Position numbers and translations under genes: made by a program. From Alphaproteobacteria bacterium (GTDB lineage Bacteria; Pseudomonadota; Alphaproteobacteria; UBA2966), in assembly GCA_964291395.2 (NCBI GenBank), contig OZ219856.1, positions 2,336,001 to 2,400,000 on the forward strand: DNA of 64,000 bases, read 5' to 3'. The notes below the pieces were generated by a model. That model was not told where the DNA came from. It did not search any database and saw only the letters and a program-made list of their open reading frames with translations. How positions within the stretch are numbered: position 1 is the first letter of the stretch; every line of letters starts with the position of its first letter. Below are positions 29,113-39,762 of this stretch, in pieces.

Positions 29113-30447
29113 ATGAAACCGAACTCGGATACCGTCTTCCACCGGCAGATCTCGCGCTCGTACCCAGCCGTCATGCGGGGCGAGGGCGTCTACCTTTGGG
29201 ACGAAAACGGAAATCGGTACCTGGACGGAGCCGCCGGTGCGTTCGTCGCCATTCTAGGTCAAGGCGTCGACGAAATCGCGGACGCCATCGACGAAGAGAT
29301 GCGCCGGGTGACATTCGCCTACACCGCATCATTCACCAGCGAGAAAGAGCGTGCCCTCACGGGTAAGCTCGTGGAGTGGGCACCCGACGGCTTCGACAAG
29401 GCCTGGATCTGCACCTCGGGCTCGAACGCCAACGAAACGGCGATCAAGCTCGCGCGGCAGTACCACCTCATCTCGGGAAATCCCGGCAAGTACCGCATCG
29501 TCGCGCGAAAACACAGCTACCACGGCAGTTCAATGGGTGCCCTTTCACTGACCGGCGCGGAGCCGCGTCGGGCACCCTTTGAGCCGCTGCTGCTCGATTT
29601 CCCGCATATTTCCCCGCCCAACTGCTATCGGTGCCCCCTCGATCTCACCTACCCCGCGTGCGCCGCAGCGTGCGCCAACGAACTGGAAGAGGTCATCGAG
29701 CAGGCCGGGCCGGAGACCGTCTCGGCGTTCATCGTCGAACCCATGGCCGGAGGACCCCTCGGCGCACTCGTTACGCCGCCGGAATACCTGCAGTCGGTTC
29801 GCGAGATCTGCGACCGGCATGACGTTCTCCTGATCGCCGACGAGGTCATTTCGGGGATCGGCCGCACGGGCCGCAATTTCGCCATTGAGCATTCGGGCGT
29901 GATCCCCGACATCGTCACGGTGGCGAAGGGACTCGGAGCGGGTTACGTGCCCATCGGGGGCGTTCTTGCCCACGAGAGAATCCATGCCGCCTTCGAGACG
30001 GCAGGCACATCCTTCGCGCACGGCGAATCCTTCACCGGGCACACCGCCGTCTGCGCCGCGGGCCTGGCAACCCTCGAATACATCGAGGCGCATGACCTCG
30101 TGCGCCGAGCGGGAGAGCTGGGCGAGTATCTCGGATCGCGCATGGATCCGCTGAAGGATCATCCCATGGTCGGCGAGATTCGGGGGCGCGGACTGATGCG
30201 GGGGGCCGAGTTCGTGGCCGACAAGACGACCAAACGTCCCTTCCCCAGGAGCGAGGGCATTGCCGAACGCGTGGCGCGCGAGTGCGCGGAACGAGGCCTT
30301 CTCATCCTGCCGGGTGTGGCAGGCGCGGATGGAGGCGACGGCGATACGGTGGTTCTGGGACCGCCCTACGTGGTCACGCGCGAAGAAATCGACGCGATGG
30401 TTTCGATCCTCGGAGAAGCGATCCGGACCGTCCAGGCAACGTTGTAG
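29113..30447 (+). CDS. Class III PLP-dependent aminotransferase
   Basis: GEGVYLWD, SYHG, FIVEP, LLIADEVISGIGRTG, PDIVTVAKGLG, RGRGL. Confidence 0.92.
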   Translation: MKPNSDTVFHRQISRSYPAVMRGEGVYLWDENGNRYLDGAAGAFVAILGQGVDEIADAIDEEMRRVTFAYTASFTSEKERALTGKLVEWAPDGFDKAWICTSGSNANETAIKLARQYHLISGNPGKYRIVARKHSYHGSSMGALSLTGAEPRRAPFEPLLLDFPHISPPNCYRCPLDLTYPACAAACANELEEVIEQAGPETVSAFIVEPMAGGPLGALVTPPEYLQSVREICDRHDVLLIADEVISGIGRTGRNFAIEHSGVIPDIVTVAKGLGAGYVPIGGVLAHERIHAAFETAGTSFAHGESFTGHTAVCAAGLATLEYIEAHDLVRRAGELGEYLGSRMDPLKDHPMVGEIRGRGLMRGAEFVADKTTKRPFPRSEGIAERVARECAERGLLILPGVAGADGGDGDTVVLGPPYVVTREEIDAMVSILGEAIRTVQATL

Positions 30448-30471
30448 TCGAGACGTAGCCGACGGAGGCCG

Positions 30472-32793
30472 TTACTCGGCCAGGGCCGGCACCTTGGATC
30501 CGCTCCGTCCCCCCTTCTTGGGCTTTTGGGGGGGCGCGGGCTCCTCGTACTCGAAGACGACCTCGTCATCCTTGATGTCCACGGTGACCCGTCCGCCGTT
30601 TTCGAGCTTGCCGAACAGCACTTCCTCGGACATCTGCCGCTTGACGTGTTCCTGGATGACGCGGCCGAGCGGCCTGGCACCGAACGCCCTGTCGTATCCC
30701 TTCTCGCCCAGCCAGCGGCGGGCCGCATCGGTCGCGTCGATCTCCACGTTGCGATCCTGCAGTTGGGCTTCCAGTTGCAACAGGAACTTGTCGACGATCT
30801 GCATCATGATTTCGGGGGTCAGATGTGCGAAGGCGATGGTGGAGTCCAGCCGGTTTCGGAATTCCGGCGTGAACAGTCGCTTGATCGCCTCTTCGTCCTC
30901 ACCTTCCCGCAGCCCGCGCTCGAAGCCAATGGACTGCTTGGCCATCTCCTGTGCGCCGGCGTTGGTCGTCATGATCAGGATCACGTTGCGGAAATCGACG
31001 GATTTGCCGTTGTGATCGGTCAGCTTGCCGTGGTCCATGATCTGCAGCAGCAGGTTGAAGACGTCGGGGTGGGCCTTCTCAATCTCATCGAGCAGCAGCA
31101 CCGCGTGGGGGTGTTGATCGATGGCATCCGTCATCATGCCGCCCTGATCGAACCCCACGTATCCGGGCGGCGCGCCGATCAGGCGGGACACGGTGTGCCG
31201 TTCCATGTACTCCGACATATCGAACCGGACGAGTTCCACACCCATAAGATCGGCGAGCTGGCGCGCGACCTCCGTCTTGCCAACGCCCGTCGGACCTGAG
31301 AACAAGTAACAGCCGATGGGCTTCTCGGGTTCCCGGAGCCCGGCGCGGGCCAGCTTGATCGCGCTCGCCAAAGCGCGAATCGCCTTGTCCTGTCCGAAGA
31401 CCACCGCCTTGAGGTCGCGATCGAGCGTCTGCAGCACCTGCTTGTCGCTCTTGGACACCGACCGCGGAGGAATGCGGGCGATTTTGGCAACGACCGTCTC
31501 CACTTCCCGGACCCCCAGCGTCTTGCGCCGCCGATTGGCCGGCTTCAACATCTGCGCGGCACCGGTCTCGTCGATGACATCGATGGCCTTGTCGGGCAGC
31601 TTGCGGTCGTGAATGTAACGGGCCGCCAATTCCACCGCCGAGCGGATCGCTTCCGCGGTGTAGCGGACCTTGTGGTGCTCTTCGAAGTAAGGCTTGAGGC
31701 CTCTAAGGATCTTGACCGCATCCTCGACCGACGGCTCATTGATGTCGATTTTCTGAAAGCGGCGCAGCAACGCACGATCCTTCTCGAAATAGCCGCGGTA
31801 TTCCTTGTAAGTGGTCGATCCGATGCAGCGCAGCGTCCCCGCCTGGAGAGCCGGCTTCAGGAGGTTCGACGCGTCCATCGCACCACCCGACGTGGCGCCC
31901 GCGCCGATGACCGTATGAATTTCGTCGATGAACAGGATGGCGCCTCCGTAGTTCTCGACCTCGTTGATCACCGCCTTGACGCGTTCCTCGAAATCACCGC
32001 GGTAACGCGTTCCCGCCAGCAGCGAGCCCATATCGAGCGCAAAGATCGTTCCATCGGCGAGCACGTCAGGTACGTCACCCTCCACGATGCGACGGGCCAG
32101 ACCTTCGGCAATGGCGGTCTTGCCCACGCCCGGATCACCCACGAACAACGGGTTGTTCTTGGATCGCCGACACAGGATCTGAATCGTCCGGTCAATTTCG
32201 CTCCGACGACCGATCAACGGATCGATCTTCCCGTTCTCCGCCTTCTCGTTCAGATTGACGCAGTAGGATTTGAGGGCCTCATCACCCTGTTCGTTCCTAC
32301 CCTCGTCCGCAGCCTCCTGCGTGCCCCGCGTGGTGCGGGTCTCGGACATGCCGGCGACCTTCGCGACACCGTGCGAGATGTAGCTCACCGCGTCGAGACG
32401 GGTCATGTCCTGTTTCTGGAGATAGTAGACCGCATGCGACTCGCGTTCGGAGAACACCGCGACGAGTACATTGGCACCCGTGACCTCCTCGCGCCCCGAC
32501 GACTGGACGTGTATCAATGCCCTCTGGATGACGCGTTGGAACCCCGCCGTGGGCTTGGGATCCTCATAGTCATCGATAATCAGGCCGCTGAGGTCGTCAT
32601 CCAGATACGAGCCCAAATCCTGACGCAACATGTCGACATCGACGCCGCAGGCCTTCAAAACAGCGATGGCGTCGTTGTCCTCGGTCAAGGCCAGCAGAAG
32701 GTGCTCAAGCGTCGCATATTCGTGGTGACGCTCGCTGGCGAGCGCCAGCGCCCGATGAAGACTCTTTTCAAGACTGTTCGAGAAACCCGGCAC
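30472..32793 (-). CDS. clpA: ATP-dependent Clp protease ATP-binding subunit ClpA
   Basis: [13 protein letters not shown], two Walker A motifs ([16 protein letters not shown]), IGF loop; downstream of clpS. Confidence 0.97.
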   Translation of the reverse strand: MPGFSNSLEKSLHRALALASERHHEYATLEHLLLALTEDNDAIAVLKACGVDVDMLRQDLGSYLDDDLSGLIIDDYEDPKPTAGFQRVIQRALIHVQSSGREEVTGANVLVAVFSERESHAVYYLQKQDMTRLDAVSYISHGVAKVAGMSETRTTRGTQEAADEGRNEQGDEALKSYCVNLNEKAENGKIDPLIGRRSEIDRTIQILCRRSKNNPLFVGDPGVGKTAIAEGLARRIVEGDVPDVLADGTIFALDMGSLLAGTRYRGDFEERVKAVINEVENYGGAILFIDEIHTVIGAGATSGGAMDASNLLKPALQAGTLRCIGSTTYKEYRGYFEKDRALLRRFQKIDINEPSVEDAVKILRGLKPYFEEHHKVRYTAEAIRSAVELAARYIHDRKLPDKAIDVIDETGAAQMLKPANRRRKTLGVREVETVVAKIARIPPRSVSKSDKQVLQTLDRDLKAVVFGQDKAIRALASAIKLARAGLREPEKPIGCYLFSGPTGVGKTEVARQLADLMGVELVRFDMSEYMERHTVSRLIGAPPGYVGFDQGGMMTDAIDQHPHAVLLLDEIEKAHPDVFNLLLQIMDHGKLTDHNGKSVDFRNVILIMTTNAGAQEMAKQSIGFERGLREGEDEEAIKRLFTPEFRNRLDSTIAFAHLTPEIMMQIVDKFLLQLEAQLQDRNVEIDATDAARRWLGEKGYDRAFGARPLGRVIQEHVKRQMSEEVLFGKLENGGRVTVDIKDDEVVFEYEEPAPPQKPKKGGRSGSKVPALAE

Positions 32794-32794
32794 G

Positions 32795-33127
32795 TCATTC
32801 CTTTTCCATCGTGCACTGCAGAGGATGCTGGTTTCGGCGGGCGAAATCTACCACCTGATTGACCTTGGTTTCGGCGATCTCGTACGTGTAGACCCCACAA
32901 ACGCCGATGCCCTTCTGATGTACGTGCAGCATGATCTGCGTCGCTTCGTCGTGACTCTTGTGGAAGATGCGCTCGAGAATGTGCACTACGAACTCCATGG
33001 GCGTGTAATCGTCATTCAAGAGAAGCACCTTGTACATCGAGGGCTTCTTCGTCTTTGTCCTGGTCTCGGTGACGACGATCGTCCCCGAGTTGCCGTCGCT
33101 GTCGTGATCTACCTCCTTATCCGACAT
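32795..33127 (-). CDS. clpS: Clp protease adaptor ClpS
   Basis: [16 protein letters not shown]...HPLQC. Confidence 0.97.
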   Translation of the reverse strand: MSDKEVDHDSDGNSGTIVVTETRTKTKKPSMYKVLLLNDDYTPMEFVVHILERIFHKSHDEATQIMLHVHQKGIGVCGVYTYEIAETKVNQVVDFARRNQHPLQCTMEKE

Positions 33128-33481
33128 GGCAAGGATCTCAGCGAATTCGGTGTACCGGAGCATACATCCAGCCCGTCGACCACCGATCAATACGTAACCG
33201 AACCATCCTCAATCAAAGACCTGTTTTCGGGCTCAATGCAAGGCCTCCGGGCAACATTCCCAGCACGTGCAGGCTCCCCGTTCCGGTCGCACCACACCGC
33301 TGATTCCCGGATGCGGCAGGGGAACGCGCCCGGCGCCGTCGTTTTCCCGCGGTTGCCGCTGTCCGGTAATTCGGATCGCTTCGGAAGCGGGTTCCGGACG
33401 GCGTCCGAATCCCACGAAATCGTTAGCCGTGTCTTGTGACTATTATCGTCGCCGTTCCCAGGATTCCATTTCTATACATAA

Positions 33482-33521
33482 ATTGGATGAAACTTTTAGT
33501 AAAAGTCATGTGTTATCCAAT
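33482..33521. promoter_or_regulatory. AT-rich nested palindrome, candidate operator in the divergent clpS/dac promoter region
   Basis: ACTTTTA-G-TAAAAGT (33492-33506) flanked by ATTGGATGA ... TTATCCAAT. Confidence 0.4.
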
Positions 33522-33629
33522 AGATGATTAGACACGGAGGCAGCATTTTACTAGACTACTTTCGTTGCCGGCCTGAAAGCGATTCGGGAGGGGGAATTTG
33601 TCCGGGAGGCTTCTAACCGCGCCGTCCGC

Positions 33630-34985
33630 GTGGGCGTTCGTGCTTTCGTCAAGCAACGTTGGTGGGCGTCACCCGTGATTCGAGCTTGGCGGGCCTTGCG
33701 TTGGGTGGTTCTGGCGGCGCTGCTGCCGGTAGCGGCAGGAGGCGCCAGTTCCGAGAGTTTCGCCGCCCGCTACAAGGCCATCGTCGTCGAGGTTGATTCG
33801 GGTAAGGTGCTTTTCTCAAGACACGCCGGCAAACGCCATTATCCAGCGTCACTGACAAAGATGATGACGTTGTACCTCGTTTTCGAGGCCATCGAGTCCG
33901 GCAAGCTGAGTCTCGACCGACGTCTCCGCGTCTCCAAACGCGCGGCGGGCCAGACGCCGTCGCGTATCGGGTTGAAGCCCGGACGCTCGATTCCGGTGGA
34001 AGATGCCGTCCTGGCGATGATCACGAAGTCGGCGAACGATGCCGCGACGGTGCTCGCCGAGGCCATTGCCGGGACCGAAGTGAACTTTGCCAAGAAGATG
34101 ACCAAGACGGCGCATCGGATCGGCATGAAGAACACGGTGTTCCGCAACGCAACCGGGTTGCCCAATCGGCGTCAAATCACCACAGCACGGGATATGGCAA
34201 TCCTGGCGCAACGCCTGATTAGCGACTATCCCCAGTACTACCACTACTTTTCGACCAAGAGCTTCAAGTGGGGAAAACGGACGTACGAGAACCACAACAA
34301 GCTGCTCAAAACCTATGAAGGCGTGGACGGACTAAAGACCGGCTATATCCGGGCGTCAGGCTTCAATATTGCGACTTCAGCCCGGCGCGACGGCAGGCGC
34401 GTCATCGGCATTGTCCTGGGAGGGCGCACGCCGAAGTGGCGTGACCGCAAGATGGCGTACCTCTTGAACGTCGCCTTCAACAGGCTGGAAGCACTGCAAA
34501 TCGTGAAAAAGAGGGAAACGCCACCGAAGCCGAGACCGAAGCCGGTGAAGCTCAGGAAAGTCGAGCGGAAGACGGCCAAGATCGGCCCACTTGCAGCGAT
34601 CACAAGAGTATTCAAGCCGATCCGGACTCCCGTGCCCAAACCCCGATCGTCCAAACTGGACCTGCTAAGACCCAAACCGCCCGTGCCACCCACGGCGAGC
34701 GCGCGGGAGACGGGCGATTGGGGGATTCAAGTCGGGGCCTATTCGGTGTATGGCGCTGCTTTTCAGAAAATCCAGGAGGCCGTCGAAGCCATGCCCAACA
34801 TGCCGAAATCCGCACGGGCCGTGGTCGACCGGGCGTTCGGAGACTCGCATCGGCTTTACCGGGCCCGCCTATTGGGGGTCAGCGAACGGTTGGCCCGGGA
34901 TGCCTGTCGTAAGCTGATCCTAAAGCAATTCGTTTGCGTGCCGGTTCCGCCCAAAGACGGGTTCGTGACCATCGCGAGGAACTGA
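33630..34985 (+). CDS. D-alanyl-D-alanine carboxypeptidase (peptidase S11) with C-terminal SPOR-like domain
   Basis: PASLTK (SxxK), SAN, KTG, WGIQVGAY; exact start uncertain. Confidence 0.9.
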   Translation: MGVRAFVKQRWWASPVIRAWRALRWVVLAALLPVAAGGASSESFAARYKAIVVEVDSGKVLFSRHAGKRHYPASLTKMMTLYLVFEAIESGKLSLDRRLRVSKRAAGQTPSRIGLKPGRSIPVEDAVLAMITKSANDAATVLAEAIAGTEVNFAKKMTKTAHRIGMKNTVFRNATGLPNRRQITTARDMAILAQRLISDYPQYYHYFSTKSFKWGKRTYENHNKLLKTYEGVDGLKTGYIRASGFNIATSARRDGRRVIGIVLGGRTPKWRDRKMAYLLNVAFNRLEALQIVKKRETPPKPRPKPVKLRKVERKTAKIGPLAAITRVFKPIRTPVPKPRSSKLDLLRPKPPVPPTASARETGDWGIQVGAYSVYGAAFQKIQEAVEAMPNMPKSARAVVDRAFGDSHRLYRARLLGVSERLARDACRKLILKQFVCVPVPPKDGFVTIARN

Positions 34986-35003
34986 GTCGGCGGCGTTTCC
35001 GTC

Positions 35004-35933
35004 TCACCCTTGATGAGCGATGAGGGCCGCCGCGAGGCGACCGGCCAGCGCGGCGTTGCTGGCCGCAAGCGCCTTGTTGCAATCGACGGTCCGCCCGCCC
35101 GACAGATCGTGCAAGGCCTCAAGAACATAAGGTGTCACATCCGACCCGACGATCCCTTCCCGTGCCGCGCTTTCGAGCGCCTCGTCGACCCAACGCTCCA
35201 ATTCCCGGGACGACAGGGCCACGTCGTCCGGCGGGGGATTGCAAACCAGAACGCCGGACCGTAACCCCAACGCTCGTTGGCGTCGCACCGCGCCCGCGAG
35301 TGCCGCGACATCCTCGAATGCGTGGCGCAGGGGAATTCCACTGGACGACGCATAGAAGGCCGGGAAATGGTCCGTTTCGAACCCGTATACCGGCACGCCG
35401 AGAGACTCCAGAGCCTCGACGGTGGCGGGCAGATCCAGAAGCATCTTGGCCCCGCTGCCGACGACGGCGATGGGTGTGCGCGAGAGGGTCAGAAGATCGG
35501 CGGAAATGTCTTGCGCCCGATCCCCGAGCGCCCCTTGCCGGCGATGAACGCCGCCCAACCCGCCGGTGGCGAACACTTCGATCCCGGCCTCGACGGCCAG
35601 CACGATGCTGGCGGAAACAGTGGTCGCCCCATGGCCTCCAGCGGCGCAGACCGCAGCGACGTCGGCGACGCCACACTTCCGCACGACTTTGCTTCCGGCG
35701 ATGGTTTCGATGGCGTCGTCGTCGAGGCCGACAAGGACCTCCCCGGCGACGATGGCGATCATGGCAGGGACCGCACCCGTACCGCGCACCGATTCATGCA
35801 GCGCACGAGCCACGCGCAGGTTTTCCGGATGGGGGAACCCGTGGGCGACGATGGTCGACTCCAGGGCAACGACCGGCGTGTCGGAGGCGAGCGCCTGTCG
35901 CACTTCTTCCAGAACCTTCAACGCGCCGTTCAT
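35004..35933 (-). CDS. psuG: Pseudouridine-5'-phosphate glycosidase
   Basis: VVALESTIVAHG, ATTVS, FATGGLGGVHR, DISADL, GAK..LD, TPYVL. Confidence 0.88.
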   Translation of the reverse strand: MNGALKVLEEVRQALASDTPVVALESTIVAHGFPHPENLRVARALHESVRGTGAVPAMIAIVAGEVLVGLDDDAIETIAGSKVVRKCGVADVAAVCAAGGHGATTVSASIVLAVEAGIEVFATGGLGGVHRRQGALGDRAQDISADLLTLSRTPIAVVGSGAKMLLDLPATVEALESLGVPVYGFETDHFPAFYASSSGIPLRHAFEDVAALAGAVRRQRALGLRSGVLVCNPPPDDVALSSRELERWVDEALESAAREGIVGSDVTPYVLEALHDLSGGRTVDCNKALAASNAALAGRLAAALIAHQG

Positions 35934-36005
35934 GACGCGTACCTCGGACACCCGCCGGTACGGAATCCAGAATTGCCCGTCGTCGCTTCGGCCCGCGGCA
36001 TGCGA

Positions 36006-37391
36006 TCAGCCGGGAAGCCGTATCCCGCTCCTGGCCAACTCCGCCTCCAGAGCGGACTTGACGCGGGAGAGTGCAGCCTGGTCCCGCGCCTCACACCGCG
36101 CTACCAATACAGCCTGTGTGTTCGAGGCGCGGAGCAGCCACCAGCCATCTTCAGAATTCACGCGCACCCCGTCGATATCGTTTACTTGACGGCCCTCGGA
36201 CACCAGGCGGTCCCGCAACTCGGCCACCACGCCGAATTTCTCTTCGTCTGGACAGTCGAAGCGGATTTCGGGCGTGTTGGCGAGCGTCGGAAGCCGATCA
36301 CGCAACGCCGACAGACTTTCGCCGGACCCTTCGATTACGTTCAGCAGCCTGACCGCGGCATAGGCGGCGTCATCGAACCCGTAATACTCATCCGCAAAGA
36401 ACAGATGACCCGACATCTCGCCGGCCAAGGGCGCGTCGGCTTCAACCATCTTGGCCTTGATGAGGGAATGACCCGTCCGCCACATGACTGGATTACCGCC
36501 CAGGCTCGCAACCTCGTCGAAGAGAGCCTGACTGGACTTCACGTCGGCGATCACTGTGGCGCCGGGCCTCGCCGACAGGACGTCACGTGCCAGCAGCGCC
36601 ATCAACAGGTCCGCCCATATGATGCGACCTCGATCATCGACAACGCCGATACGATCGCCGTCGCCGTCGAGCGCGATTCCGATGTCGTGCGATCCTTTCC
36701 CGATATGCCTTTGCAGCTGTACCAGATTCGCCGCCACCGTCGGATCCGGGTGGTGAGACGGAAACGTGCCGTCGATATCGCCGTTGATCACGTCGTGCCG
36801 CCCCGGCAGCCGGCGCGCCAGCGCTTGAACGACGTCGCCCGACGCGCCGTTGCCCGGATCCCAAACGACCTTCAGCCTCCCGCGTCCCCGATAGGCCGCG
36901 GCCAGCGCCTCGACGTAGGCATCGAACACATCGACGTCTTCGACTCGTCCGCCGTCGGCCGCCGGCGTGCCTTCCGCCGCAAGGTCGCCGAGCCGCTTGA
37001 GTCGATCACCGTAAAACGAACCGCTCCCGAGCATGAACTTAAACCCGTTGTGCTCGGGCGGATTGTGCGATCCCGTGACCATCACGCCGGCGTCCGCCTG
37101 CAGATGGTGGACGCCGAAATAAAGCATCGGCGTGGGTCCCCGGCCGACGCGCAAGACGGACGCGCCGGCCGACACCATCCCTTCGGCCAGCGCCGCCTCG
37201 AGCGCGGGAGACGTGAGTCTACCGTCGAATCCAAGACATATCCTCGGCGCCGGTCCCCGATCTTCGGCGACCATCGTGGCGAAGGCGCAGCCGATCGCCA
37301 ACGCGTCGTCGACGCTCAACGTCTCACCGACAAGGCCACGGATATCATACTCGCGAACGATGGAGGGATGGAGCAGGTGGCCAGCAGTCAC
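36006..37391 (-). CDS. Phosphomannomutase/phosphoglucomutase (AlgC-like)
   Basis: REYDIRG, TGSHNP, DGDGDR, GEMSGH, RASNT. Confidence 0.93.
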   Translation of the reverse strand: MTAGHLLHPSIVREYDIRGLVGETLSVDDALAIGCAFATMVAEDRGPAPRICLGFDGRLTSPALEAALAEGMVSAGASVLRVGRGPTPMLYFGVHHLQADAGVMVTGSHNPPEHNGFKFMLGSGSFYGDRLKRLGDLAAEGTPAADGGRVEDVDVFDAYVEALAAAYRGRGRLKVVWDPGNGASGDVVQALARRLPGRHDVINGDIDGTFPSHHPDPTVAANLVQLQRHIGKGSHDIGIALDGDGDRIGVVDDRGRIIWADLLMALLARDVLSARPGATVIADVKSSQALFDEVASLGGNPVMWRTGHSLIKAKMVEADAPLAGEMSGHLFFADEYYGFDDAAYAAVRLLNVIEGSGESLSALRDRLPTLANTPEIRFDCPDEEKFGVVAELRDRLVSEGRQVNDIDGVRVNSEDGWWLLRASNTQAVLVARCEARDQAALSRVKSALEAELARSGIRLPG

Positions 37392-38737
37392 TCGGCCACC
37401 CCGGCGCTGATCTCATAATCATCCGGCAGCGCATATGGCCGGCCTATCGAGTGATAGTCGAAACCGGCGTCGGTCATCTCCGCCGCATCGTATATGTTGC
37501 GAAGATCGACCAGCACGGGTGAAACCAACAGTTTCCGAACCCGATCCAGGTCGAGACTCCGAAACTCGTTCCATTCGGTCACGATGACGAGCGCATGCGC
37601 GCCTTTCATCGTCCGATACGCGTTGTCGCACCACGCGACGTCATCCAGAAACTTGTGTGCCTCGTCGATGCCTTCCGGATCATACGCGCGGATCGTCGCC
37701 CCAGACCTCTGCAGCGCGGAAATGATCTCGAGGCTGGGAGCCTCCCGCATGTCGTCGGTGTTCGGTTTGAACGTGAGACCCAGAACGGCGATGCACTTTC
37801 CGGAGACCGAACCGCCGCACGCCGCCACGACTTTGTCGGCCATGCGGCGTTTCCTCGCCTCGTTCACCGCAATGACGGTCTCGACGATTCGGCTGGGCAT
37901 CCCCGACTCCTCGGCAGTCCGACGCAAGGCCAGGGCATCCTTCGGAAAGCAGCTTCCTCCATAGCCCGGACCCGCGTGGAGGAACTTCGACCCTATCCGC
38001 CCATCGAGCCCCATCCCACGGGCCACGTCCTGGACGTCGGCACCCACCTTTTCACAAATGTCCGCCATCTCGTTGATGAACGCGATCTTCGTCGCGAGAA
38101 ACGCATTGGCCGCGTATTTGGTGAGCTCCGCCGTTTCCAGCGTAGTGTACAACACCGGCGTCTCCATCAGGAAAAGCGGCCGGTAGACCTCGCGGAGCAC
38201 TTCGCGCGCCCGCTCGGAGCAGGTTCCAACGACGATCCGGTCGGGCCGCATGAAGTCGTTGATCGCGGAGCCTTCACGCAGGAACTCGGGGTTGGACGCG
38301 ACATCGAAGTCGGCGTCGGGGCGACGCTGTCCGATAAGAGCTTTCACTCTCCGCCCGGTACCGACCGGGACAGTCGATTTCGTGACCACGACCGCATAAC
38401 CGTCCAGCGCCCGGGCGACTTGCTCCGCGGCGCCGAAGACGTACTGAAGGTCGGCGTGTCCATCGCCGCGCCGACTGGGCGTTCCGACGGCGATGAAGAC
38501 GATATCCGCCGCTGCAACCGCCGGCGCCAGCTCCGTGGAGAACGAGAGGCGTCCCGCCCGGACATTGCCGGCGACCAAAGCGTCGAGCCCCGGCTCGTAG
38601 ACGGGAATCTCACCGCGCTCCAGCCGCGTGACCTTATCGGCATCCATGTCGACGCACGTGACGTCGGCGCCGAATTCGGAAAAGCAGGCCCCGGACACGA
38701 GCCCGACGTAGCCAGTGCCGATCATCGCGATTCGCAT
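37388..38737 (-). CDS. ugd: UDP-glucose 6-dehydrogenase
   Basis: GTGYVG, NPEFLREG, GYGGSCFPKD, FKPNTDD. Confidence 0.93.
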   Translation of the reverse strand: MRIAMIGTGYVGLVSGACFSEFGADVTCVDMDADKVTRLERGEIPVYEPGLDALVAGNVRAGRLSFSTELAPAVAAADIVFIAVGTPSRRGDGHADLQYVFGAAEQVARALDGYAVVVTKSTVPVGTGRRVKALIGQRRPDADFDVASNPEFLREGSAINDFMRPDRIVVGTCSERAREVLREVYRPLFLMETPVLYTTLETAELTKYAANAFLATKIAFINEMADICEKVGADVQDVARGMGLDGRIGSKFLHAGPGYGGSCFPKDALALRRTAEESGMPSRIVETVIAVNEARKRRMADKVVAACGGSVSGKCIAVLGLTFKPNTDDMREAPSLEIISALQRSGATIRAYDPEGIDEAHKFLDDVAWCDNAYRTMKGAHALVIVTEWNEFRSLDLDRVRKLLVSPVLVDLRNIYDAAEMTDAGFDYHSIGRPYALPDDYEISAGVAE

Positions 38738-38797
38738 CTAGTACGAACTCCGTAGAGGTTCAACATCGCGCGACCAATGAGATGTCTCGCCACGAAC

Positions 38798-39676
38798 CTA
38801 CAACGTCTCGGCGATGCTCCGGATGATCTCTCGGACTTCATCGCTCATGTCCGGCCGGGACAGGGCGAAGACGACGTTGGCATGCAAAAAACCAACCTTG
38901 TCTCCGCAGTCATAGCGTACACCATCATATCTAAGGCCGTAGAATGGCGTGGAGCCAAGCATGGCCGCCAGCGCGTCGGTCAACTGAATTTCCCCGCCCG
39001 CTCCCTTTTTCGCGTTCTCCAAGCGACCGAAGATCTGGGGGCTGAGTATGTAGCGGCCGATGATCGCGAGGTTGGACGGCGCACTTTCGACCAAGGGCTT
39101 TTCGACCAAGCCCTTGGCTTCGACCAAACTGCCCATATCCGAAGCCACGTCCAGAACACCGTATCGGGACACGTGCTCGGCTGGAACTTCCATCACCGCG
39201 ACAAGATTGCCACCGGTCTCCCGATAGGTGTCGATCATCTGGCTCAAGCACGGCGGGTCGGCCATGACCAGGTCGTCCGCCAAAACCACCGCGAAAGGCT
39301 CATCGCCGACGAGATTGCGCGCGCACCACACGGCGTGGCCCAAACCAAGCGGTTCCTGTTGCCGGGTATATGCTACGGAACCTGCCGAAGGCAGCCACTC
39401 TGAGATCGCTTTGATCGCATCGTTCTTGCCTCGAGCCTCGAGCAGGTCATGCAGTTCGAAGGAGCGGTCGAAATGGTCCTCAATCGCCGTTTTGCCGCGT
39501 CCCGTCACAAAGATGAACTCTTCGATTCCTGCCGCCCGCGCTTCCTCGACGGCGTGCTGGACGAGAGGCTTGTCAACGACCGGCAGCATTTCCTTGGGCA
39601 TCGATTTGGTTGCGGGAAGAAACCGGGTTCCCAGTCCGCCCACGGGGAACACGGCCTTGCGCACGAAATTCGACAT
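38798..39676 (-). CDS. galU: UTP-glucose-1-phosphate uridylyltransferase
   Basis: GLGTRFLPATK, PKEMLP, LGLGHAV, VEKP, GEIQLTD. Confidence 0.95.
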   Translation of the reverse strand: MSNFVRKAVFPVGGLGTRFLPATKSMPKEMLPVVDKPLVQHAVEEARAAGIEEFIFVTGRGKTAIEDHFDRSFELHDLLEARGKNDAIKAISEWLPSAGSVAYTRQQEPLGLGHAVWCARNLVGDEPFAVVLADDLVMADPPCLSQMIDTYRETGGNLVAVMEVPAEHVSRYGVLDVASDMGSLVEAKGLVEKPLVESAPSNLAIIGRYILSPQIFGRLENAKKGAGGEIQLTDALAAMLGSTPFYGLRYDGVRYDCGDKVGFLHANVVFALSRPDMSDEVREIIRSIAETL

Positions 39677-39762
39677 TTGGAACTGCTGCTCGAGGGGGGT
39701 ATGGGCGGGCCGGGGGCTACGACGGCTTTGTGCCATGGCCGATCCCGAGACTCAAGGGCACC

